A stretch of 64,000 nt of DNA from Macrostomum hystrix (lineage: Eukaryota; Animalia; Platyhelminthes). How positions within the stretch are numbered: position 1 is the stretch's first letter; every line of letters starts with the position of its first letter. The position numbers and the translations under genes are program-made. The DNA lies in the NCBI GenBank assembly GCA_950097015.1, contig CATNEN010000011.1:3224001-3288000 (forward strand), in the 5' to 3' direction. Positions 36,171 through 47,761 of this stretch are shown here, piece by piece. Under the pieces are notes generated by a model. The model saw only the letters and a program-made list of their open reading frames with translations, was not told the origin of the DNA and did not search any database.

Positions 36171-38543
36171 TCATTTCCAGCTGGGCGGATTGAGTTTAAC
36201 TTTCCAAATTCTGCCCGCGCCAATGTTGGTCCCAGACTCCAGCTTGTCCCAGATGTCTCGACAATCTTCCCGACTGCTCAGCCGGCCCAGCTCAATCCAG
36301 CCGACTGCTCGGCTTCGGCGCTCCCGATTGTCGACACTCTTCACAATGATCCGTATGGCGGCGTCCCTGACGTCCGCGCCCGATGGCATCGGGAATGTGA
36401 CCCGATGTCGCCAGTCCACTCTGACGGAGCCGTGAAGCTGGCCGGGGGTGTCCATTGTTTTACTAGTCTCCAGGTGTTTGTCCCTAATCATCAGGACCGC
36501 TTTGGCACGGTATTTCAGCTGATTGATCTGCTGGCCGCCAATTTGTATCCAAGGCGGTACGGGCATTTTCGAGCAGCGAATCAGGCGCAGCCGAATAAGC
36601 GCCTGGCCAGAGCACCGGTCCAGCAGGTACCGCAGGCCGAACTCGATGCGACCGTGGCTCAGGTGAAGCGACGGGTCGAACATCTTCAACGAATAACATG
36701 TAGTTTGTTTGGCTCATCACAGCACGCGAATGATATTCTGGTAATTCCCAGGGTAAAAAACACTTTTAAACATATTCAGATTTTTCAACGCAGCATAGAT
36801 TAATGTTGAAATTTATGGGTTGCGAGAAAAAATGCATGGATAGATAAAACTTTGAATAGAAAAACTTGAAAAAACTTATCTTAAAAATTAACATACGAGG
36901 ATTCGTAAGGCTAAGAAAACACAAAGTTTCAGAATTCCAGTTGCTAAAAATAGAAAGTTTTTGGAATTCCCCTAGCTAGAAATATATATTTTTTGGAATT
37001 CCCGAAGCTAAAAAAAGAATGCTTTGGAATTCCCGTAGCTAAAAATAGAATGCTTTGGAATTCCCGTAGCTAAAAATAGAATGCTTTGGAATTCCCGTAG
37101 CTAAAAATAGAATGCTTAAAAAATTCCCGTAGCTAAAGATAGAAACTTTTGTAGTTCCCGTAACTAACAATAGCTATAGAAAGGCCAGTTTGAATATTTC
37201 TAATGCATACTTTCCTATTAAAGCAGAAAATTTCTGAAGAATATCCTATCGCGAATTCTGGCAACGCCTTTACCTGCAAGCTCTTCCACATGGTGACACC
37301 GAGTTGCAGCTCTCGCTGGCTGTACTTTGACAGCAGGACAACAGTCTCGCCCAGGGTGGACCTGAAGTTAGTCACCTGATCAATGCTCAGTACGCAGAAT
37401 CTCAATCGACTAATTCGAATAGAATTTGGCGGAAAGTTTTCCACGTGAATATTTTGCAACCAAACTGGTTGGTTGCTATCCGTTACAGTTTCAGTCTCAG
37501 CGAATGGCACGGCATCTTCGTTATTGTCGGAGTTGTAATACACAGCGCACATGGGATTCGATTGCACACTGTACCTGCCGTAGTGCGTTACCAGCTGTTG
37601 CACTTTTAATTGTTCAGCCCGAATTAGGCGAATGCTGAGTCGCTGGGCTGACTCAGAGTACTGGATGCCCAGTAGCAGACGGCCATTGGGGCTCATACCT
37701 TCTGCTGGTGCGAGGTGGGCATTCGTTTATTAGTAAAAGTAACGCTACCATTGCTCTAGCAACCCGGCTTTCTCAAAAGTAACGCATTTTTTTCAAAAGT
37801 AACGCATTTTTCTCAGAAGTAACTCTACTGTCTAAAATGTTACTTTTTTGTAACCAAGTAACGCAGTTGTATAAGTAGCTACGCTTCTGTATTTAAAAGT
37901 ATACGCTATTTTTGTATTTTAGGAAGTGCTAATGTCTTAAAAAAGCTACCGCCTAAAAGTACCGCTTTTTTCTTACAGTTGACGCCGCTGTCTCATAAAT
38001 AACGCTTCTTTTTCTACTATCCTATAAGTAATTGTTATGTACCAAAAGCAACTGTCTCATAAGTAACACTAATGTCTCATAAGTAACGCTAACGTCTCAT
38101 AAGTAACGCTAATGTCTCATAAGTAACGCTAATGTCTCATAAGTAACACTAATGTCTCATAAGTAACGCTAACGTCTCATAAGTAACGCTAATGTCTCAT
38201 AAGTAACGCTAATGTCACATAAGTAACGCTAATGTCACATAAGTAACGCTAATGTCACATAAGTAACGCTCATGTCACATAAGTAACGCTTCTGTAACAT
38301 AAGCACTCATTTTTAACGCTACTGTCACTGTCCTACAAAAAACGGTACTGTCGACAAAGTAACGGAACTGACTAAAAACTAACGCTAGTTATTGTTTAAC
38401 AAGTAATGTTACTGACTAAAAATGGTCTCATTGCTTTACCGTCGCTAGTAACAAGCCTGAATTCTTCAAGCAACGCCAGGTGAAGTTTATTGCACGGGTT
38501 GAGCTTGGATCTGTCAAAATCCACGGTCAGCATTTCCTTGCCG

Positions 38544-38581
<38 letters not shown>

Positions 38582-38899
38582 ATTGTCAAATAACGACAAC
38601 TCCGGTTGAACAAATTCGGATCGTCTCTTGGACAAGGCAGGAGAATCAGACTCAAAGTTTGAGTAGACAAAAAGCAACGGCTGCTGCTGCTGCTGCTGCT
38701 TCTGAATCATATTTAGTTCGGTTCGAATTAATTTGGTTTCTAAACCAAATCGAGTTAAACAATTTCTAATGCTGAAATCGAACTTCAACAACCAGCAGGC
38801 CAGTAGAATTAAGACCAGAGAAATTAAAATGGCGCTAGTGACCGCTAGTAAAGCTGCTGCACCAACAGGTTGCGATTGCAACCATTGACCAACTGACAT
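36171..38899 (-). CDS. Synaptotagmin-like TM-C2A-C2B protein, about 466 aa; complement(join(36171..36683,37274..37701,38440..38899)), acceptors approximate
   Basis: N-terminal TM helix and polyQ linker. C2A-like GRLLLGIQYSESAQRLSIRLIRAEQL...LGETVVLL and C2B-like GRIEFGLRY...AVGWIELG. Donors GTAAAG at 38439 and 37273 are phase-consistent. Confidence 0.75.
36940..37135. repeat. 31-bp minisatellite in intron 2 of the synaptotagmin-like gene
   Basis: Unit GAATGCTTTGGAATTCCCGTAGCTAAAAATA. Confidence 0.8.
38050..38300. repeat. 20-bp minisatellite (AAGTAACGCTAATGTCTCAT) in intron 1 of the synaptotagmin-like gene
   Basis: Directly visible. Confidence 0.88.
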
Positions 38900-39439
38900 T
38901 CTCTGACAAGCCTGTGATGTATCTCTAAATTATAACTGTTTGAATTTGAGACCAACTTTTTGAGATGTTTTATAAACATATTTTATTTCCGGAATATGAT
39001 CAACCACAAGTCCAGGATTTGTGCAAGTCACTTGCTTAGACCTGAGTTTAAGTAGCAATGTGTTTTCCATTCTATATCTGTGACAATTGGACAGGCATGG
39101 CTATAAGGCCACGCCCCCACTACAAGAAGTAAAACTGACACACTCAGAAACCGAAAATAATGACAGGTTAGTCTGTTGCCAGCGCGTGTCCAACTAAACA
39201 CAAAAGTAAAAATTCACAAATATTCCAGTTTTATATCAATAAAATTTTTTACAAAACTTATCAGACCCTCTAGAATCCACTTCTAACGCAGTGAAATCCA
39301 TTAGACAGCAACATATAAGATTGACTCATGTCACTTAAGTGAAACTGCGTTTCTTTTATTTGCTTTTTGAAGACAAAAAATATAGTATACTATGCACGTT
39401 AATAGGTACCTCCAAATATTTCTATTTTACAATCGATTC

Positions 39440-41160
39440 GTATGATCTAACATACGATTCTGATGATCTAACAGACGATTCTCATGATCTAACAGACGAT
39501 TCTCATGATCTAACATACGATTCTGATGTTCTAACAGACGATTCTCATGATCGAACAGACGATTCTCATGATCTAACAGACGATTCTAGTAATCTAACAG
39601 ACGATTCTCATGATCTAACAGACGATTCTAGTAATCTAACAGACGATTCTCATGATCTAACAGACGATTCTTATGATCTAACAGACGATTCTCATTATCT
39701 AACAGACGATTCTCATTATCTAACAGACGATTCTCATTATCTAACAGACGATTCTCATGATCTAACATACGATTCTGATGTTCTAACGGACGATTCTCAT
39801 GATCTAACAGACGATTCTAATGATCTAACAGACGATTCTAGTAATCTAACAGACGATTCTCATGATCTAACAGACGATTCTTATGATCTAACAGACGATT
39901 CTAGTAATCTAACAGACGATTCTCATGATCAAACAGACGATTCTAGTGATCTAACAGACGATTCTCATGATCTAACAGACGATTCTCATGATCAAACAGA
40001 CGATTCTCATGATCTAACAGACGATTCTCATGATCTAACAGTCGATTCTCATGATCTAACAGACGATTCTCATGATCTAACATACGATTCTGATGTTCTA
40101 ACAGACGATTCTCATGATCTAACAGACGATTCTCATGATCTAACAGACGATTCTAGTAATCTAACAGACGATTCTCATGATCTAACAGACGATTCTAGTA
40201 ATCTAACAGACGATTCTCATGATCTAACAGACGATTCTTATGATCTAACAGACGATTCTCATTATCTAACAGACGATTCTCATTATCTAACAGACGATTC
40301 TCATTATCTAACAGACGATTCTCATGATCTAACAGACGATTCTGATGATCTAACAGACGATTCTCATGATCTAACAGACGATTCTCATGATCTAACATAC
40401 GATTCTGATGTTCTAACAGACGATTCTCATGATCTAACAGACGATTCTCATGATCTAACAGACGATTCTAGTAATCTAACAGACGATTCTCATGATCTAA
40501 CAGACGATTCTAGTAATCTAACAGACGATTCTCATGATCTAACAGACGATTCTTATGATCTAACAGACGATTCTCATTATCTAACAGACGATTCTCATTA
40601 TCTAACAGACGATTCTCATTATCTAACAGACGATTCTCATGATCTAACATACGATTCTGATGTTCTAACGGACGATTCTCATGATCTAACAGACGATTCT
40701 AATGATCTAACAGACGATTCTAGTAATCTAACAGACGATTCTCATGATCTAACAGACGATTCTTATGATCTAACAGACGATTCTAGTAATCTAACAGACG
40801 ATTCTCATGATCAAACAGACGATTCTAGTGATCTAACAGACGATTCTCATGATCTAACAGACGATTCTCATGATCAAACAGACGATTCTCATGATCTAAC
40901 AGACGATTCTCATGATCTAACAGTCGATTCTCATGATCTAACAGACGATTCTCATGATCTAACAGACGATTCTCATGATCTAACAGACGATTCTCATGAT
41001 CTAACAGTCGATTCTCATGATCTAAAAGACGATTCTCATGATCTAACAGACGATTCTCATGATCTAACAGTCGATTCTCATGATCTAACAGACGATTCTC
41101 ATAATCTAACAGTCGATTCTCATAATCTAACAGTTGATTCTCATGCTCTAACAGTCGATT
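39440..41160. repeat. 21-bp minisatellite (GATCTAACAGACGATTCTCAT), about 82 copies
   Basis: Directly visible; one frame is open (DDSHDLT)n. The same family lies at 43155..44245. Confidence 0.96.
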
Positions 41161-41191
41161 TCAACGCAGAAGCTTAAAAAGGTTGCTAGGT

Positions 41192-42641
41192 TCAGAATGG
41201 CGAGAGACACTGGCAAAGCACAGCTGTTGGCGCTGTGTAGTTCTCAGAAAGATCATTGAGCTCGCCCTCATACAGAGCCAGTGAGTTCTGTTTACCGTCC
41301 AGAGCATTGTTTGGCTGCTGGTTGCCCCATGGCACCCTGGACATGGACCGTTTGCAGGCGATCCAGAACCAGCCTCCTCCGGGTTCTTCGCTGCCAGGAG
41401 GCTGCGAGCCGCCCAGCCAGAAATCGGCATTAGAATTGAGGCTTCTAATCTTTAGCAGATGCTGCAGTTCTGCCAAATTGGGTGCCTCGGCCATGGAGGT
41501 CATTTGGCCGCTCTCTGATTCACACCGCTGCCGGCTTGGCCTCCAGCCGCCCGTGTTCGGATAAAACTTGTACTTTAAACCGCAAAAATCGTTGGCGTAT
41601 CCAGCTGGACAAAGAGTGCCCGGAGCTAGGCCGGGCTGATGCCGAACAAAGACTAGACCGCGATTGGTGCAATTGGCGTTGCAGTCGAGAACAAGTTGGC
41701 TGCACCTGAATAAATGGGATTCAGCCTTCAGGTGTTAGACATGGTCTTCAGGTGTTAGACATGGTCTTCAGGTGTTAGACATGGTCTTCAGGTGTTAGAC
41801 ATGGTCTTCAGGTGTTAGACATGGTCTTCAGGTGTTAGACATGGTCTTCAGGTGTTAGACATGGTCTTCAGGTGTTAGACATGGTCTTCAGGTGTTAGAC
41901 ATGGTCTTCAGGTGTTAGACATGGTCTTCAGGTGTTAGACATGGTCTTCAGGTGTTAGACATGGTCTTCAGGTGTTAGACATGGTCTTCAGGTGTTAGAC
42001 ATGGTCTTCAGGTGTTAGACATGGTCTTCAGGTGTTAGACATGGTCTTCAGGTGTTAGACATGGTCTTCAGGTGTTAGACATGGTCTTCAGGTGTTAGAC
42101 ATGGTCTTCAGGTGTTAGACATGGTCTTCAGGTGTTAGACATGGTCTTCAGGTGTTAGACATGGTCTTCAGGTGTTAGACATGGTCTTCAGGTGTTAGAC
42201 ATGGTCTTCAGGTGTTAGACATGGTCTTCAGGTGTTAGACATGGTCTTCAGGTGTTAGACATGGTCTTCAGGTGTTAGACATGGTCTTCAGGTGTTAGAC
42301 ATGGTCATAAGGTGTTAAGGCATGGTCATGAGGTGTTAACTAACTCAACTCTACCTGTCGAAGACAAACAACTGGCATGGACCATTGGCAAAGCTGAAGG
42401 CCTGGCACAAAGGATCTCGACCGCAGAGCATTCCGCATTGCAACTCGCCAATCTTCGATGCACCGGCATTTGCAGCCGCCCTGACATCGTTGAAAGTGCG
42501 AACGAATTGAGGCCGAATGCAAAGCGAAGCCTGCGGCGACGGATAATATGCAGTGCGACAGGGCGGCAACAGTTGCTGGGCCAATGCTTGGCCATCAAAC
42601 GCATTAAAAAAAAGCAAAAGCAGCAATGTTTCTGATGTCAT
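41192..42641 (-). CDS. Secreted PAN/apple + C-type lectin domain protein, about 266 aa; complement(join(41192..41705,42355..42641))
   Basis: Signal peptide MTSETLLLLLFFNAFDGQALA. PAN pattern QCGMLCGRDPLCQAFSFANGPCQL. CTLD pattern RQRCESESG...FWLGG...WFW...PWGNQQPNN...LND...VLCQ. Phase-2 intron 41706..42354 joins the two frames. Confidence 0.8.
41728..42335. repeat. Near-perfect 20-bp minisatellite (CTTCAGGTGTTAGACATGGT), about 29 copies, filling the lectin intron
   Basis: Directly visible; no variants seen except at the ends. Confidence 0.97.
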
Positions 42642-43154
42642 TTTGGGCTACAGAATTTTGTCAGGTGAAAACGTTTTCTAATCTCTCAGGCAACTCAATC
42701 CTAGGAAATATATGGCATGTGCCAGCCCACGTGTAAAAAGTGTTGCTTGTTGCTATGGCAACTAAAACTCCGAATTTGCTTTCTTCATCAGTTGGAGATA
42801 TTCCTTTCAACTGTTGCAGACTCTATCAGGCATAGAGAAGCATGGCTAATGAAGAACAAACAGGTTTCCCCATCCAGCATTTATCGCAAATTTTTTTTTC
42901 TACAGCAGCTGCGGCAAAACATTTCTTTTACATATTCAACACTAGATTCGGGTATTATTTTATAGTCGTAAAATGTTAGATCCATGTTTGCACAGGAGAT
43001 ACTGAATTCGAATATCAAGAGAGTAAATGCTTTTTCAATCGTTGAAGGCAATTATTTTTTATCGCAAACACACTAATGGAAGGTTATTTACACAGTTAAT
43101 TCACAGCCCATTTTAGAAACATCTAAATCAACTCTTTGGCTATATACTTTACAG

Positions 43155-44245
43155 CTCCTAACAGTCGATTCTCATGATCTAACAGACGATTCTCATGATC
43201 TAACCAGACGATTCTCATGATCTAACAGTCGATTCTCATGATCTAACTAGACGATTCTCATGATCTAACTAGACGATTCTCATCATATAACAGTCGATTC
43301 TCATGATCTAACTAGACGATTCTCATGATCTAACTAGACGATTCTCATGATCTAACTAGACGATTCTCATGATCTAACAGTCGATTCTCATGATCTAACA
43401 GTCGATTCTCATGATCTAACAGTCGATTCTCATGATCTAACAGTCGATTCTCATGATCTAACAGTCGATTCTCATGATCTAACTAGACGATTCTCATGAT
43501 CTAACAGTCGATTCTCATGATCTAACAGTCGATTCTCATGATCTAACAGTCGATTCTCATGACCTAACAGTCGATTCTCATAATCTAACAGTCGATTCTC
43601 ATAAAATAACAGTCGATTCTCATAAAATAACAGTCGATTCTCATAATCTAACAGTCGATTCTCATAAACTAACTGTCGATTCTCAAAATCTAAACAGTAG
43701 ATTCTCATAATCTAACAGTCGATTCTCATAAAATAACAGTCGATTCTCATAATCTAACAGTCGATTCTCATAAACTAACTGTCGATTTTCAAAATCTAAA
43801 CAGTAGATTCTCATAATATAACAGTCGATTCTCATGATCAAACAGTCGATTCTCATAATCTAACAGTATATTCTCATAAACTAACAGTAGATTCTCATAA
43901 ACTAACAGTCGATTCTCATGATCTAACAGTCGATTCTCATAATCTACCAGTCGATTCTCATGATCTAACAGTCGATTCTCATAAACTAACAGTCGATTCT
44001 CATGATGTAACAGTCGATTATCATAAACTAACAGTCGATTCTCATGATCTAACAGTCGATTCTCATAATCTACCAGTCGATTCTCATAATCTACCAGTCG
44101 ATTCTCATGATCTAACAGTCGATTCTCATAATCTACCAGTCGATTCTCATGATCTAACAGTCGATTCTCATAAACTAACAGTCGATTCTCATGATCTAAC
44201 AGTCGATTCTCATAAACTAACAGTCGATTCTCATGATGTAACCAA
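43155..44245. repeat. 21-bp minisatellite (GATCTAACAGTCGATTCTCAT), same family and orientation as 39440..41160
   Basis: Directly visible; includes some 22-bp variant units. Confidence 0.95.
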
Positions 44246-45009
44246 TTGTAACCAATCTGGCAATTTTTTATGCATGGTTTGTAATAAAATTTATAAGAAA
44301 ATTTATTTTTAAATCTACTAAAATGGAATGCATGGACTACCTAATTAAAAAAACATTTTACCACCTGTCTGTGTTACTTAAATTAGTATAAAAAGATAGT
44401 AGCCAATCTTTCAACGTTTTCAACAGACTATAAAACAGTACTGAGCAAGGTAGGTTAGAGAACAGTGCAATCACTGATAGTGGCTCAGTTGAGAAAGATA
44501 AGCTACTAGCTTAGACTGATAATAAGCAGTGACGTACGGCAAGCTGGAAATTCATGTCTGTTTAAATGGTTCTTGTCTAATTTTGGCCCTCGTTAAAGTT
44601 TAGTCTAATGGTTTACGCGAGTGGCAAGTCAGTGTATAGAAGACCTACCTGTTCTTTACCCGCAGCAATTTAAGAACTCAGTTGGAAAAAAAGATAAAAA
44701 GAAAGGAATGAAAATGTAAAACGATTCTTGTACTGCTCTAGAGTACATGAAGTGAATTAGAAGAATAGCTTGAGGGGCTAGGATGGCAAAGTCTTACTAC
44801 AGGAAAACATCCACTCTGCTTTAGGGTTCGCCTGGCAGACAGCACTAACTGAGCAAGGAATGACAGAATGCAACTCACTCCTATAAGAGGCTGCTATCAG
44901 TCCTTCTGTACACTTAAGTACATTGTTATATGCAGCTCAATTTGAAGTACAACGATGACTACCTCCTTATCTCTTTGTGGACCAGAAATGTAAAACTTTG
45001 CTTGAAAAT

Positions 45010-47165
45010 CTCATCTTTTACATCACTGAAATATTATCTTATATATATTTGAAATCTCATCCTTTACATCTAGGAAATGTCATCCTTTACATCTCGGAAA
45101 TCTCATCCTTTACATCTCGGAAATCTCATCCTTTACATCTCGGAAATCTCATCCTTTATATCTCGGAAATCTCATCCTTTACATCTCGGAAATCTCATCC
45201 TTTACATCTCAGCAATCTCATCCTTTACATCTCGGAAATCTCATCCTTTACATCTCGGAAATCTCATCCTTTATATCTCGGAAATCTCATCCTTTACATC
45301 TCGGAAATCTCATCCTTTACATATCTGAAATCTCATCCTTTACATCTCGGAAATCTCATCCTTTACATCTCAGCAATCTCATCCTTTACATCTCGGAAAT
45401 CTCATCCTTTACATCTCGGAAATCTCATCCTTTACATCTCGGAAATCTCATCCTTTATATCTCGGAAATCTCATCCTTTACATCTCGGAAATCTCATCCT
45501 TTACATCTCGGAAATCTCATCCTTTATATCTCGGAAATCTCATCCTTTACATCTAGGAAATCTCATCCTTTACATCTAGGAAATCTCATCCTTTACATCT
45601 CGGAAATCTCAACCTTTACATCTCGGAAATCTCATCCTTTACATCTCGGAAATCTCATCCTTTACATCTCGGAAATCTCATCCTTTACATCTAGGAAATC
45701 TCAACCTTTACATATCTGAAATCTCATCCTTTACATATCTGAAATCTCATCCTTTACATCTAGGAAATCTCATCCTTTACATCTAGGAAATCTCATCCTT
45801 TACATCTCGGAAATCTCATCCTTTACATCTCGGAAATCTCATCATTTACATCTCGGAAATCTCATCCTTTACATCTCGGAAATCTCATCCTTTACATCTA
45901 GGAAATCTCAACCTTTACATATCTGAAATCTCATCCTTTACATATCTGAAATCTCATCCTTTACATCTAGGAAATCTCATCCTTTACATCTCGGAAATCT
46001 CATCCTTTACATCTAGGAAATCTCATCCTTTACATCTAGGAAATCTCATCCTTTACATCTCGGAAATCTCATCCTTTACATCTCGGAAATCTCATCCTTT
46101 ACATCTCGGAAATCTCATCCTTTACATCTCGGAAATCTCATCCTTTACATCTAGGAAATCTCAACCTTTACATATCTGAAATCTCATCCTTTACATATCT
46201 GAAATCTCATCCTAAACACCTCGGAAATAACATGCTACAGACCTTCATATCCTTTAATTGTCTGAAATCCTATCCTTCAAATCTCAGATATCTCATCTTT
46301 CATATCTCGGAAATCTCATACTTCATATCTCGGAAATCTCATCTTTCATATATCAGAAATATCATCTTTCATATCTCGGAAATCCCATCTTTCACATCTC
46401 GGAAATCTCATCTTTCATATCTCGGAAATCTCATCTTTCATATCTCGGAAATTCCATCTTTCACATCTCGGAAATCTCATCTTTCATATCTCGGAAAACT
46501 CATCTTTCATATCTCGGAAATCCCATCTTTCACATCTCGGAAATCTCATCTTTCATATCTCGGAAATCCCATCTTTCACATCTCGGAAATCTCATCTTTC
46601 ATATCTCGGAAATCTCATCTTTCATATCTCGGAAATCTCATCTTTCATATCTCGGAAATCTCATCTTTCACATCTCGGAAATCTCATCTTTCATATCTCG
46701 GAAATCTCATCTTTCATATCTCGGAAATTCCATCTTTCATATCTCGGAAATCTCATCTTTCATATCTCGGAAATCTCATCTTTCATATCTCGGAAATCTC
46801 ATCGTTCATATCTCGGAAATCCCATCTTTCACATCTCGGAAATCTCATCTTTCATATCTCGGAAATCTCATCTTTCATATCTCGGAAATCTCATCTTTCA
46901 TATCTCGGAAATCTCATCTTTCACATCTCGGAAATCTCATCTTTCATATCTCGGAAATCTCATCTTTCATATCTCGGAAATTCCATCTTTCATATCTCGG
47001 AAATCTCATCTTTCATATCTCGGAAATCTCATCTTTCATATCTCGGAAATCTCATCGTTCATATCTCTGAAATTTTATATTTAATATCTCGGAAATCTCA
47101 TGTCATATCTCGGAAATCTCATATTTAATATCTTTGAAATATTATATTTGATATCTAGGAAATGT
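45010..47165. repeat. 23-bp minisatellite in two sub-arrays (TCTCGGAAATCTCATCCTTTACA to about 46210, then TCTCGGAAATCTCATCTTTCATA)
   Basis: Directly visible; source of the repetitive SRKSHLSYLGNL ORFs. Confidence 0.95.
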
Positions 47166-47761
47166 TATACTCGTAGTTAATAGCATCGCAAAATGAAATA
47201 AACAAACAAAAGCAATCAAAAATTAGTTTAACCGTGCCACAGTGCAGTTGTTGATGATGGCCAAACAGCATTACGCCAGGAAAGAAACGCTTCTGTTCGC
47301 TTCCTTTATTCAGATCATTTAGATAAGTTATTTCATCCTACCTTTACAAATATTTTATTATTGGTTCTCAACGGGACAGTAAAATCTCATATTTGGTAAG
47401 GTGCGTGTTAAAATAACGGATTGACTTATCTAGTTTTACTAAAGAAAATTAACATATGTGCATACATATACATTTAAGAATGTGCCTTTACTAAGTATAA
47501 TATTTAGAAATGGCCCTTAAAAGATGAATATTCGTAACTAGCTAGAAAACAAAATAAAAAACTAATATTACAATACGCCTAATGATAGTTTCAATCATTA
47601 TAATAACAGTAGCATGATAAACTAAATGATGAGTAAATTTTCAAAAAGTTCTGACAAACTTACATAGAACATAGTTTAGAGAAGTAAATTAGATTAGTGA
47701 GTTGAGTTGAGTTTAAACGATGAATATTAATATGTTGTTTATCGGCCAAATGTGAAATAGT

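Noticed and set aside
39339-41177. 612-aa Asp/His-rich ORF (DDSHDLT)n as a real metal-binding or biomineral protein
   Set aside because: No ATG or splice acceptor. The 21-bp unit keeps frame automatically and its consensus codons are not one step from a stop. The sister array at 43155 has frame-breaking units. Only RNA-seq or proteomics could revive it.
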